From sequence record PQ015379.1: a DNA stretch of 64,000 bases. One strand, given 5' to 3'. The notes beneath the pieces were generated by a model. The model made no database searches, was not told the origin of the DNA, and was given only the letters and a program-made list of their open reading frames with translations. Below, piece after piece: positions 19,502 to 28,936 of this stretch. A program made the translations under genes and the position numbers. Each line of letters opens with the position of its first letter. Positions within the stretch are counted from its first letter, which is position 1.

Positions 19502-19815
19502 TGGACCGCATGACCGTAGAAGATATTGCACGCTTGCTGCGCGCTATCACGTTGGAAGCTCGCCAGCTTACGGGCCGGAAGTTTCCCAACCCGGTGGATA
19601 TGAATTCTAACAACGCGCTGAAACTCACGTACGTTCAAGCCGTCGAAGACCTCCGGTTGTTTCACGGAACGTCGTTGACTGTGGAATGCTGGTTCGGTCG
19701 CCACTGGCATGTTTTCCCGTTCGCATCCGATTGGGATTCGTTGAACATGGTAGAGCAGCGGTTCGTGGAATACTCCCACAAGCTTTGCCAAGAAATGACA
19801 ATTGTCCGGAACTAA
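19501..19815 (+). CDS. Hypothetical protein
   Basis: TGATG overlap with the upstream stop. Confidence 0.6.
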   Translation: MDRMTVEDIARLLRAITLEARQLTGRKFPNPVDMNSNNALKLTYVQAVEDLRLFHGTSLTVECWFGRHWHVFPFASDWDSLNMVEQRFVEYSHKLCQEMTIVRN

Positions 19816-19816
19816 A

Positions 19817-20197
19817 ATGAGCAAATATTTCGAAGAAAATGAATTGGCGGAAGTGGTCTGCGCCATGATCGCCACCTTCGCCCGCGTGTGCGGCATCCAG
19901 CATTACCCCACGTGGGAACAGCAGGTGTTCGCGGATCGCCAACGCTACGTCGAAGGGTTGGAAGAACTGCTGGATATGCTGGCGGATCACTTCGCCAATC
20001 AAGATGGCATGGAAGACCCCGAAACGTTCGACGTGTCGATCTGGTATCGCGACAACTGGCGTATTTTCCCGTGGGCAGAACCTGATTTCCCGAACCTGAC
20101 TCACATCAACCAAGCATTCGTTTTGCAGGTCGCGGAATTCGCTTCCGTTATGGCCGGGCATTACAGCACCGAAGTGACCGAGGGCCAGCATGAGTAG
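19817..20197 (+). CDS. Hypothetical protein
   Basis: ORF immediately after the upstream stop; typical codon usage. Confidence 0.65.
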   Translation: MSKYFEENELAEVVCAMIATFARVCGIQHYPTWEQQVFADRQRYVEGLEELLDMLADHFANQDGMEDPETFDVSIWYRDNWRIFPWAEPDFPNLTHINQAFVLQVAEFASVMAGHYSTEVTEGQHE

Positions 20198-20735
20198 TCG
20201 TGAAGAACTGAAGGCGATTCGCAAGAAAATTCGACAGGATGATCGTTTCCAACAATTCCTGAAAAACTTCCGTGGCAACCCGGCCTACCAAATCCCGTTC
20301 GATAGCCACCACGAAGAATTGCAGCGTCTTCACACCACACGACTGACCCGCGAACTCAAACGCAAGAAAACGCGTTCGTTCCCTGAAAAAGCGCTGGACG
20401 CCATGCTGCAAGATCAGGCCACGCGTTCGCGTTGTGCGGAAATCCTCGGTGAATGTTCGAAGATCAGCAGCGCCATGGATCGCACGCTTTCCAAGTTGCG
20501 CGATTACCTGCTGTCCGAATATGCCGGTTACATGAAAGTCGTGGGCACCGTTGCAGAACGAAAAGCTTTCATCGAAGCCATGATGCGCGACTTCTACGAC
20601 TTCTTCGACGAAGTGAAGACGCTGGAAAAATCTGCTGGAATCGTTATTGAAGATATCGACAAAGCCAACTACATGTTCAAGAACCTTGTTGAACTTATCA
20701 AAGTCCTTTCCCGACCAGAACAGGTAATGCTATGA
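20190..20735 (+). CDS. Helical protein, possibly UvsY-like recombination mediator
   Basis: All-helical; C-terminal IEDIDKANYMFKNLVELIK resembles the UvsY C-terminus; next to an SF2 helicase. Confidence 0.35.
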   Translation: MSSREELKAIRKKIRQDDRFQQFLKNFRGNPAYQIPFDSHHEELQRLHTTRLTRELKRKKTRSFPEKALDAMLQDQATRSRCAEILGECSKISSAMDRTLSKLRDYLLSEYAGYMKVVGTVAERKAFIEAMMRDFYDFFDEVKTLEKSAGIVIEDIDKANYMFKNLVELIKVLSRPEQVML

Positions 20736-21061
20736 AAACTGCATTCGTGTACGTTCCCGACTCCGTGCATCCAGACGACGTGCTGGACCACTACGGGAAT
20801 ACCCGCCTCCCTTCCTGTGCCAAAGCCGTGTTCTTCACGCCTGAAGCTGTGGGCGAGGCAACCGAACAGGATAAAGTTCGGGATTTTCGCGAAGAAATCG
20901 CGGCGTACACGAATGAACATGGCGAGCCAGTAATGGTCGGCATTTATTCGATGGACCTTACGCTTTTGCGTCGGGTTATTTTCGATTTGCTGGAGCATGG
21001 GCTGCCCGTTGTTTTCGAACTGGACGATCAGCAGCGTGACCTCATTGGGGCCTGCAAATGA
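20732..21061 (+). CDS. Hypothetical protein
   Basis: ATGA overlap, 109 aa. Confidence 0.65.
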   Translation: MKTAFVYVPDSVHPDDVLDHYGNTRLPSCAKAVFFTPEAVGEATEQDKVRDFREEIAAYTNEHGEPVMVGIYSMDLTLLRRVIFDLLEHGLPVVFELDDQQRDLIGACK

Positions 21062-21495
21062 AACTTGATCCCGACGCAATTCCAGACGGCAACCAAACGT
21101 TGGACCCACGCGGCTACACGCCGCCGCTGATCGCCATCAAAAGCGACAAGCAATCGTGGTTTTCCTACAACGAAAAAGGCCGGTTCGTGTGGGGCGAACA
21201 CATCGGCCTTCTCGCAGAAAACGACTACGCGTTCGACATTCTGTGGAAGATGGGCCATCGCCCGATTGTCGTGTGTGAATTCGCGAACGCCGAGCAGCTG
21301 CACATGCACATCGTGCGTACCATCGAATCTGTAAATAATCCGTGGGGTGCCGTGAACGTGTACCCGCGTGGCTGGACTTCGAAAGAGGTTGTAGATTTCG
21401 TGGGCATTGTCAAGCGCCACAAGATCCCGGCAAGCCTGCAATTGAGCAGCGAATTTTGTTTGACCGAAGAATACCGCCATCTTTATCCGAGGTAA
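21058..21495 (+). CDS. Hypothetical protein
   Basis: ATGA overlap, 145 aa; internal CTGTAAATA at 21329. Confidence 0.65.
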   Translation: MKLDPDAIPDGNQTLDPRGYTPPLIAIKSDKQSWFSYNEKGRFVWGEHIGLLAENDYAFDILWKMGHRPIVVCEFANAEQLHMHIVRTIESVNNPWGAVNVYPRGWTSKEVVDFVGIVKRHKIPASLQLSSEFCLTEEYRHLYPR

Positions 21496-21528
21496 GTGAT
21501 GCACGAACAAGGAAGCCCCGGCTAGACC

Positions 21529-23205
21529 ATGGGCAAAATCATCGTATCGGACAAGATGTACATTCCCCGGATCGACCTGTCGGAAAAGCGAGTCAAGAAA
21601 GCATATTTTCACGACTTCTTTTCCGACCAAGGTTGCCGGAACTGTGAGCTACGGCCAGAACGCCCGGTGCAGGCCTGCAAAGGCTGCGAGAACTTCAACG
21701 GTTCGTATCGGCTGGCCAAAGCGCGCATCATTGGGAATACTGAGTACATCGGCCTGCCCTTGGGCGACCGAGACAATTTTGAAGAGAAAATGCGCATCGA
21801 CCTCGACGATTACAAAATCGTTGATAAGCGCACTCGTACCCCGTTTGATTACAAAGTAAAAATCGACCTCGGTGAGGATCGCGACTGGTTCAGTTATCAG
21901 CTGAAAACAGTCAAGCGCATGAAAGAGGCCAAGTACGGCCTTTTCGTGCTTCCACCGCGTTCCGGTAAATCGTTGACGGCGCTGAAACTGGCAATCGAAC
22001 TGGGCTACAAAGTCCTGCTGATGGCCGACCAATACGACTTCCTCAATCAGTTTATCGGGGATATCGAAGAGTCAACGAACCTGCCTGCCTTGCAAGAAAA
22101 GACTGGCAAAAAGCTGTACGGTTTCATCAAGAAAAAAGAAGACCTCAAAGATATTCAGATTGGTATCATCACCTATCAGAGTTTCTTGAGTGAAAATGGT
22201 CGCAAACTGCTGAAGGCCTGCAACAAGGTTTTCGGCACCGTGATTGTGGACGAAGTACAATCCACGGGCGCCCCCGAATTCGCCAACGTGATGAACAGCA
22301 TCAAGGCCCGTTATCGCTTTGGCTGCACCGGTACATGGACCCGCAAGGACGGCAAACACATCATCACGGCGCTGGTGATGGGGCCGCCGAAGTCGGAAAT
22401 CAAACGTGCACAGCTGGTGGCAAAAATGCTGGCTGTCGATACCGGCATGAAATCCAAAGGCGTGTTCAAAGGCAAACCGGGGTTCGTGAAACTTGGCAAG
22501 TCGTTGGCCGGAAACAAGAAACGAAACGACTTCATTATTTCGTGGATCTTGAAAGACCTTGAGGCCGGGCATTCCATCGTGGTGCCTTGCCATTTCAAGG
22601 ATCACATTTTCGAAATCGTCAAACGCGTGAACGCCGCTGTCGGTTACGAAGTGGCTGCTGCCTTCGTTGGTGGCGGTGGCAAGAAAAACAAAGAGGATCG
22701 CGACCGTATCAAACGGCTGGCCAGCGAACGGAAAATTCGGGTCGTTGTCGGTATCCGCAAACTGCTGCAACGCGGTATCAACATCAAGCCGTGGTCGTGC
22801 CTGTACTACGTCATGCCCATGAATAACCCGGAAAACTGGAAACAGGAATCGTCGCGTATTCTGACGCCGGACCCGAGCAAGCGCACGCCCATTATTCGTT
22901 TCTTCGTGGATACCGGGGCGCAGGCCTCGCTGAAATACTGCGCGAACACATGGCGGCAGGCGTTGGAATTCAACCACACGCCGACCGAAGTAGCCGAAGA
23001 GCGCATGCGCCAGTGGCTGCGAAATGTGAAGCGTGATATTTCCGAAGATTTCGACCCCGAACAGGAAGTCGAAGTATCCACCGTGGCGAAAACTGCCGGG
23101 GGCATGTTCGGCGGGATGTTTAGTCAGATTGGTGCACGCATTAAACAGCGTGGCAACGAACAAAAAGCAGAGAGAAAAGCACAATGGAAGAAAAAGAATC
23201 GGTAG
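21529..23205 (+). CDS. Superfamily 2 DNA helicase (UvsW/XPB-like) with N-terminal Zn-binding motif
   Basis: LPPRSGKS (I), IVDEVQ (II), GCTGT (III), LLQRGINIK (V), QESSRI (VI); CRNC...CKGC. Confidence 0.88.
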   Translation: MGKIIVSDKMYIPRIDLSEKRVKKAYFHDFFSDQGCRNCELRPERPVQACKGCENFNGSYRLAKARIIGNTEYIGLPLGDRDNFEEKMRIDLDDYKIVDKRTRTPFDYKVKIDLGEDRDWFSYQLKTVKRMKEAKYGLFVLPPRSGKSLTALKLAIELGYKVLLMADQYDFLNQFIGDIEESTNLPALQEKTGKKLYGFIKKKEDLKDIQIGIITYQSFLSENGRKLLKACNKVFGTVIVDEVQSTGAPEFANVMNSIKARYRFGCTGTWTRKDGKHIITALVMGPPKSEIKRAQLVAKMLAVDTGMKSKGVFKGKPGFVKLGKSLAGNKKRNDFIISWILKDLEAGHSIVVPCHFKDHIFEIVKRVNAAVGYEVAAAFVGGGGKKNKEDRDRIKRLASERKIRVVVGIRKLLQRGINIKPWSCLYYVMPMNNPENWKQESSRILTPDPSKRTPIIRFFVDTGAQASLKYCANTWRQALEFNHTPTEVAEERMRQWLRNVKRDISEDFDPEQEVEVSTVAKTAGGMFGGMFSQIGARIKQRGNEQKAERKAQWKKKNR

Positions 23206-23417
23206 CACAAGTAGCTGAACAGATGGGGCAGGAAGAGGCGAAGCAGAAGCTGGCCGAGGCTCTGAAAGAAATGGCCAAACGTGATCCGAAGCAGTACAAA
23301 AAGATCATGGCCGAAATGTTCCCCAACACCGTTTTGCTGGATGAACTGCATCGGCCTCGCCTGAAAGCGAACCGCAAGCAGCGCCGCATGATGAAAGCGC
23401 GGGGTCTGGTCAAATGA
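23184..23417 (+). CDS. Hypothetical protein (77 aa)
   Basis: Short helical ORF, AGAG RBS. Confidence 0.55.
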   Translation: MEEKESVAQVAEQMGQEEAKQKLAEALKEMAKRDPKQYKKIMAEMFPNTVLLDELHRPRLKANRKQRRMMKARGLVK

Positions 23418-23737
23418 AATCACGGCGACTGCGTTTCTTTACGTGGTTGAAACATTGGGCAGCAAAGAAAGAACGCGAAGCAGTACGGCACGGCCTGCAC
23501 ATGTGGGGCGATTTGAAATGCCCACACTGTAACACGTGGGGTTTCAATATGCCGAATCACCAGTGGGCAGACAAAGAGGCCAATACGCCGACCCTCAATC
23601 ATGACCGCTACAAATGCGGGCAGTGTGGCCAGTGGTCAACGTGGATGGATTTCGGCCCCCTGTTACAACTGGACGACCCAGCATTTCCTGATCAGCGGGT
23701 GCGTGATGTGAAAGGGAATCTTGCGTATGATTCTTGA
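23414..23737 (+). CDS. Zn-ribbon protein
   Basis: CPHC...CGQC. Confidence 0.6.
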   Translation: MKSRRLRFFTWLKHWAAKKEREAVRHGLHMWGDLKCPHCNTWGFNMPNHQWADKEANTPTLNHDRYKCGQCGQWSTWMDFGPLLQLDDPAFPDQRVRDVKGNLAYDS

Positions 23738-24008
23738 ATTTTTTCGCAAGCTTTTCGGTATGCGCAACTACGAAGAAGATTTTCAGGCGGGCGTTGCGTA
23801 CGCACAGGAACAATTGCGCCTGTACCGTGGCAACCTTTTGGATTATCACCGGCTGTGGGCTGAGTGCGATTCTGGTGGCGTGGAGCCTAGCGGTTTCGAC
23901 GCAGGTATGCGCCAAGTTTTGAGCATGCAAAACATCCCGCATCCGTTGGACCCACCGGAGAAGAACAATGCAGCATTTCATGACTGTTTATGTGGACGGA
24001 AAGCCTGA
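23727..24008 (+). CDS. Hypothetical protein
   Basis: AAAGGG RBS; short ORF in operon. Confidence 0.55.
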   Translation: MILEFFRKLFGMRNYEEDFQAGVAYAQEQLRLYRGNLLDYHRLWAECDSGGVEPSGFDAGMRQVLSMQNIPHPLDPPEKNNAAFHDCLCGRKA

Positions 24009-24282
24009 GCAGCGCGAACTGGATCATGTGGAAGTTGTGCCGCGTGGCAAGCTTCCGCGTCTGGTGCCGAAACTGCGCGAAGACGAAGAAATGCGCCGCA
24101 CCAGCGACGGTAAGGTGATCGTGTTCAAAACGCAAAAAACTGAGCGTTTTCTGACTTCGGTTATTGCCGATTGGAACGGCGGTGAGCATCAAACGTACAC
24201 CGCTGAATATTCCGATGGTTCGACCGAGCAGTGGACCGCCGATCAGTTCTACGCATGGAAGGCTGCCGAACGTGAATGGTAA
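23968..24282 (+). CDS. Hypothetical protein
   Basis: GGAG RBS 7 nt upstream. Confidence 0.6.
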   Translation: MQHFMTVYVDGKPEQRELDHVEVVPRGKLPRLVPKLREDEEMRRTSDGKVIVFKTQKTERFLTSVIADWNGGEHQTYTAEYSDGSTEQWTADQFYAWKAAEREW

Positions 24283-24622
24283 ACCACACATCAACGTCGG
24301 CACCGTGGGCCACATCGACTGGGGCTTGCATCCGCTGGCACAGGCGTTAGATCGTGTTCGTGCCTGCATTAAGATCCCGTGCGATCTGCATCCCAACGTA
24401 GCCGCCACCGAGTTTTCTGTAAAAACTCGCAAAGAATTGCAGCAGGCGATCTACAAGATGCTGTACGCGCCGACAGCCCACGATACTGTAAATAACACAT
24501 ACACCAACAAATTCACTAACGGACCCAATCCATATGGCCAAAGAAGTGAAGACCGTAAAAGCGGTCAGCAGTCTGCTGAAGCCACGGAAAAAGGCAGTAG
24601 TGGAGAAAGTCGCCGGGATTAA
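24272..24622 (+). CDS. 116-aa protein with EF-Tu-like N-terminal segment (GTG start)
   Basis: GGAAGG RBS; KPHINVGTVGHIDWG vs E. coli EF-Tu [15 protein letters not shown]. Confidence 0.7.
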   Translation: MNGKPHINVGTVGHIDWGLHPLAQALDRVRACIKIPCDLHPNVAATEFSVKTRKELQQAIYKMLYAPTAHDTVNNTYTNKFTNGPNPYGQRSEDRKSGQQSAEATEKGSSGESRRD

Positions 24623-25307
24623 AAAACCGAAGGGGACCGTGAGCGCCCCTTCGCGTATGCCTGCGCCAACCCTGCAATTCAAGTTCGATACGGCACGTGT
24701 AAAACTGCTGAAATCGCAAGGCGTATGCGGCACTGCATTGCAGGTCATGCGCCAACCGTTCTTGCTTGACGATGCGCTAGTCTCCATTACTCCGATGGTG
24801 CCTAAATGGCTACCAGAAGATTACGTGATTCCTAAAACCAGCGTGCGCCGCCAAATCGACGCGTGCTATCGCTTGTTGAACAACCCGTTGCACGGTTCCC
24901 CGATTATCGGTATTGGCTCGATGGTTACGGATGAACGCGCAAAATTCATGGCAATGAGCATCATGAATGCGGCAATTGATCAGCAGCGTTCCGGTTCGCA
25001 GAAAGGCAAAATGCTGCCGGTCTACCACCGGGTAATGAGCGGGTTCTATGATGAACTTCTGGCCGAGAAAACCCGCCGCAATATTTCCATGTTGATCATC
25101 GCCAACATTGGCCTTGATAACTCACAAATCAAACTCGATAAGGTCCGCGATCTTCTCGAAAAGTATGACAACATTCCGCGAATCGTAGTCGTCAATGGCT
25201 GCGACCCCGTTTCGTTCTTCGCGGAAAAAATGCGAATGCCCATGCAGTTTGCCTTGATGCTGAATAGCAAACGCAGTGACAAAGCCGATCTTATGGATAT
25301 GCTATGA
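24534..25307 (+). CDS. Degenerate DnaC/IstB-like AAA+ protein
   Basis: IIGIGSMVTDERAKFMAMSI (Walker A position), MLIIANIG (Walker B position), IPRIVVVN (sensor-1 strand), catalytic residues absent. Confidence 0.45.
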   Translation: MAKEVKTVKAVSSLLKPRKKAVVEKVAGIKKPKGTVSAPSRMPAPTLQFKFDTARVKLLKSQGVCGTALQVMRQPFLLDDALVSITPMVPKWLPEDYVIPKTSVRRQIDACYRLLNNPLHGSPIIGIGSMVTDERAKFMAMSIMNAAIDQQRSGSQKGKMLPVYHRVMSGFYDELLAEKTRRNISMLIIANIGLDNSQIKLDKVRDLLEKYDNIPRIVVVNGCDPVSFFAEKMRMPMQFALMLNSKRSDKADLMDML

Positions 25308-26080
25308 CAATCTCACGCGCCAAACTCGACGAAATCGAACAAGACGAAGAAAACCTCAATCGTTTTATCGAACTGCTGGAACGGGGTTACACCTACCTGT
25401 CCGCCAAATGCCAATACGCAATGGGCGGCATTCAGGATCAGGAACCCGATGATGACGAAGAGGAAGAATCCGAAGCGGAATTCGATATCGAAAAAGACAT
25501 GTCGTCAAAGGAACTGATGATCCTGAAACAGGAAGTCTTGGCCGATTTCGACCGCACCAATTTTGCAATGGACGACAACGAGTATTTCGAGGATTCGAAC
25601 GTTGAACAGGGGATCGACCCGGACAACGAAAACGAACCCAAGAAACGGCGCGAAAAGGTTGAGATTCAAATCAAAGAACTGTATCGCATGATCAAACAGC
25701 TGTCCCACCCGGATAAGCTCATGCGATACAGTGCCGAAGCGAAACAAAAGATCATTGCCATTTTCCACGAATCAACCGAATTCATGGATGATGACAATTT
25801 GGAGGCACTGGTATTCTGCTATGTGAAACTCCGAATCGCCCGCAATGAACCGCACAAGATTCCAGAATACATCGAGCATTACGTGCGTGAGCGCCACCGG
25901 CAAATCCTGCGGCATATGGGTTTCCTGCGTGAAAAGCCTTTCACCGAAGCAATCCTCGAATGGCATCATGGCAATGAGGAATGGGCCATCATTCTTTTCC
26001 GGCAATATCTGCGCGATAAGAAACGGCAGGATGAAATGGAAAAACAGGCAGCAGCCGACGACGATGAATTCTTTAGCTGA
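25304..26080 (+). CDS. J-domain (DnaJ-like) protein with acidic N-terminal region
   Basis: IKELYRMIKQLSHPDK followed by a helix-III-like segment. Confidence 0.65.
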   Translation: MTISRAKLDEIEQDEENLNRFIELLERGYTYLSAKCQYAMGGIQDQEPDDDEEEESEAEFDIEKDMSSKELMILKQEVLADFDRTNFAMDDNEYFEDSNVEQGIDPDNENEPKKRREKVEIQIKELYRMIKQLSHPDKLMRYSAEAKQKIIAIFHESTEFMDDDNLEALVFCYVKLRIARNEPHKIPEYIEHYVRERHRQILRHMGFLREKPFTEAILEWHHGNEEWAIILFRQYLRDKKRQDEMEKQAAADDDEFFS

Positions 26081-26095
26081 AAAGCTATTCCTTTC

Positions 26096-26119
26096 AAGGG
26101 GCCATTAGGCCCCTTTTTT
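26096..26119 (+). terminator. Rho-independent terminator
   Basis: AAGGGGCC-ATTA-GGCCCCTT plus TTTT. Confidence 0.85.
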
Positions 26120-26141
26120 ATTGCCCAAATTCCCCTTTGCG

Positions 26142-26148
26142 TAATTTA
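26142..26148 (+). promoter_or_regulatory. TAATTTA putative late promoter motif
   Basis: After a terminator, upstream of sheath gene 1. Confidence 0.55.
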
Positions 26149-26219
26149 AATACAGGAATCGCGCCTTTATTGGCGTTTCTTGGTTTCCCGTATTCCAACC
26201 ATATAAGGGGTTTTCATCC

Positions 26220-27860
26220 ATGGCTTTTACCAACACCAGCGCCGGTGTTTATGATCAGGATCGCGACGTAAGTCAGCGCGGTTCGCCGGTCGTAAGCTCC
26301 ATCGCGTCGGCAGTAATTGAATCGCCTCGCGGTTCGTCCACCGAATGGGTTTACGTGACCGACAAGCAGGATTTGCTTGAAAAATTCGGCACCAAAAACT
26401 ATTCCAAATACGGCTACGGCATGCACTGCGCCGAACACGTTCTGGTGCAAACCGCAATGTGGATCAAACGCGCCGTCAACGCCGCTACCGCCCGCACCGC
26501 TGGCGCCTATCTGTCGGTTGATGACCTCAACGCTGCGGAACCAGTGCTGAAACTGGTTAACTGGGACAACGGCACCAACAAACCGCAAGGTGTTTTGGGC
26601 GATCCCCTGACCACCCTCGGTTTTACCGCCGCTGATGCCGGTGTAAAAAACGCGCTGCTTTACGTTTGCGCGAATTCCGCTGGCGAATGGGCGAAAGCCA
26701 TCAGCGTTCGGATTCGCCCGGCAAACCCGGAAGGCACCGAGGTTGGCGAATTCAACGACCCGTACCATTTCTATCTCGATGTTTTCGTGAACTACACCGG
26801 TTCGTCGAGCATCCCGGTTGAATCGTACTTCTGTTCGCGTAAATACGAACTGGATGGCGAAGGCAACCAAATGTTCGTCGAGTCGCGGGTAAACGCGGCG
26901 TCGAAATACATCAAGGTAAAAAACAACAGTTTCTGCCCTGATGTTCAGATTCGCACCACGGCTTTCGAGTACCTCGACGGCGGCGACGATGGCGCCCGTG
27001 CAACCACCGCTGAAATCAACGCGGCGTGGGATGGCATCGACGACACCGACCAATACGCGGTGCAAATGCTGGTTGCCTGCGGTTACGAAAACGAACAAGT
27101 TGTTCGCCGCATGAACGCCGTGGCTGCTGCCCGTGGTGACGCCATTGCGATCAACGATCTGCCGTTCGAAATGCAGGAAGTTTCCCGCGCCGTAAACTGG
27201 CGTCGTAACACCCTCAACCTTTCCAGCAGCTATTCGGCGCTGTATGGCCCACGTGGTCAAATCACCGATGACGTTTCGGGCAAGAAATTCTGGTGCCCGA
27301 TTTCTGGTTTGGTTGCTGCGCAGTATGCGTACACCGACCGCGTGCGTGCCTACTACTGGGCGCCTGCTGGTTTGAATCGTGGCCAAGTAAAAGTCACGGA
27401 TCTTTCCAAGAAATACTCGCTGCGTGAGCGTAACGCGCTGGAACAAGCGCAAATCAACTACGTGCGCCGGATTCCGGGCCGTGGTTTCGTGATCATGGAA
27501 CAAATGACGCTGCAAAACTTCGCTTCTGGTTTCCAGAACGTGAACGTGCGTCGTTTGGTAAACGGTATCAAGGCAATGATTCGCAAAGCGTTCCTGCCTT
27601 CCGTTTTCAACCCGGCTGATGATTTCGAACGCAAACAGCTGAAAAACATCGTGGACGCCGAGGCTCGTTCGGTGAAGCAAGGTCGCGGCCTGTACGATTG
27701 GGAAACCATTTGTGACAGCCGGAACAACACCCCGGCGGATATCGCGAACAACGATATCAATCTGGATTTCGTGATCGATCCGAGCATCCCGGCGAAACGT
27801 GCTTCCCTGACCGCCGACATTCGCAATTTCGGCTCTTCCATCGAATTCCAAGAGAACTGA
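26220..27860 (+). CDS. Tail sheath protein 1 (546 aa)
   Basis: AGVY N-terminus, YWAPAGLNRG, RNALEQAQINYVRR, NVRRL, ICDSRNNTPADIANNDINLDF. Confidence 0.92.
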   Translation: MAFTNTSAGVYDQDRDVSQRGSPVVSSIASAVIESPRGSSTEWVYVTDKQDLLEKFGTKNYSKYGYGMHCAEHVLVQTAMWIKRAVNAATARTAGAYLSVDDLNAAEPVLKLVNWDNGTNKPQGVLGDPLTTLGFTAADAGVKNALLYVCANSAGEWAKAISVRIRPANPEGTEVGEFNDPYHFYLDVFVNYTGSSSIPVESYFCSRKYELDGEGNQMFVESRVNAASKYIKVKNNSFCPDVQIRTTAFEYLDGGDDGARATTAEINAAWDGIDDTDQYAVQMLVACGYENEQVVRRMNAVAAARGDAIAINDLPFEMQEVSRAVNWRRNTLNLSSSYSALYGPRGQITDDVSGKKFWCPISGLVAAQYAYTDRVRAYYWAPAGLNRGQVKVTDLSKKYSLRERNALEQAQINYVRRIPGRGFVIMEQMTLQNFASGFQNVNVRRLVNGIKAMIRKAFLPSVFNPADDFERKQLKNIVDAEARSVKQGRGLYDWETICDSRNNTPADIANNDINLDFVIDPSIPAKRASLTADIRNFGSSIEFQEN

Positions 27861-27864
27861 TCAA

Positions 27865-28506
27865 ATGGAAAAACAACTCGTTGAAATCCGTGACGCGTAC
27901 CGCGTTCTGTCGGATATCCAAAACCTCGACGAAACCAACCCGATCCCGATCCGCGTGCAGAACTCGACCGTTCGCAAAGTCCACACCACCGTGTGCGCCC
28001 TGCGTGAACCGTATAACGAAATTCTGCCGCTGAACGTGGTGTGGTTCGATTTCAACCCGCAATCGGTGTATTACAACACCGCACGTCGTCGTGTTTCGAA
28101 ACAGCCTGATACTTCGGCTGGCACGAACCACACGTGGGAAGTGATCGACACCATGGCCCAGTATGACGAAGATCAGTATTACGACGCTGAAGATTCGGAA
28201 ATTCTGGCGCAAAACGATCCGATTCCACCGGCCAGCAAAACCCAGCTGGGCATCGCGAAACTTTCGGTTGCTCCCGGCAACGGTGCGGCCCCGGTTGCCG
28301 TTGGTGAAGGCGACAAACGCCTGACCGACGCACGCAAACCGCTGGACCACACCCACGAAGAGCGCCCGGCCACCATGCTGAAAACCAAAAGCTCCTACGT
28401 GAAAATCGGTGACAGCGCGACCCCCGTGGTCGGCGCTACTCTGATCGTCGGGGCCAACGGTGTTGCAGGCTGGCGCCAGCTGACTTCGACCGATATCCAG
28501 AAATAA
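27865..28506 (+). CDS. Tail-fibre/appendage N-terminal-type protein (213 aa)
   Basis: PPASKTQLGIAKLS tail-fibre-type repeat, DHTH motif; paralog of the frameshifted 28520 product. Confidence 0.6.
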   Translation: MEKQLVEIRDAYRVLSDIQNLDETNPIPIRVQNSTVRKVHTTVCALREPYNEILPLNVVWFDFNPQSVYYNTARRRVSKQPDTSAGTNHTWEVIDTMAQYDEDQYYDAEDSEILAQNDPIPPASKTQLGIAKLSVAPGNGAAPVAVGEGDKRLTDARKPLDHTHEERPATMLKTKSSYVKIGDSATPVVGATLIVGANGVAGWRQLTSTDIQK

Positions 28507-28519
28507 AAAGGGAAAATCA

Positions 28520-28936
28520 ATGGCCACACTGACCGAGTTTATCGACGATAAAATCGCGATTGCTTTGAACTATCGCGGTCTGTCGAAATTCAACCCGGTC
28601 GAGATTATTGTCGAGGGCAACGGAAAGAAATTCGTTGTCCTCGTTTCTCTTCTCGAACCGGATACCCTGACCGTTCCGTACAACGTGACGTGGATCAACG
28701 CTGATCCCAACCACGAAGACTACAAAGTCCTGATGCGCCGCGTCGATGCTGAAAAGTACGACGACAAGGATTATCGTGGTTCGTGGTCGGTTCTTTCCAG
28801 CGTCGAAGAAATCTTCACCGAGGAACAATATTTCAAGAAGAAGCGGACCCGATTCTCGGTGCCGTTCCTGATTTCCGCCCGCCGCTGGCTTCTAACCTGC
28901 GCCTTGGCGGTTTCCGTCTTTCTGAAACTTCGGTGA
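28520..28936 (+). CDS. Fibre protein, short (0-frame) product, 138 aa
   Basis: GGGA RBS; similarity to the 27865 protein stops at EEQYF. Confidence 0.7.
   Translation: MATLTEFIDDKIAIALNYRGLSKFNPVEIIVEGNGKKFVVLVSLLEPDTLTVPYNVTWINADPNHEDYKVLMRRVDAEKYDDKDYRGSWSVLSSVEEIFTEEQYFKKKRTRFSVPFLISARRWLLTCALAVSVFLKLR

Noticed and set aside
24164-24271. Longer N-terminus given by the ORF track for the EF-Tu-like protein
   Set aside because: It overlaps the 23968 gene entirely. GTG 24272 has a good RBS and places the EF-Tu-like motif at the N-terminus.
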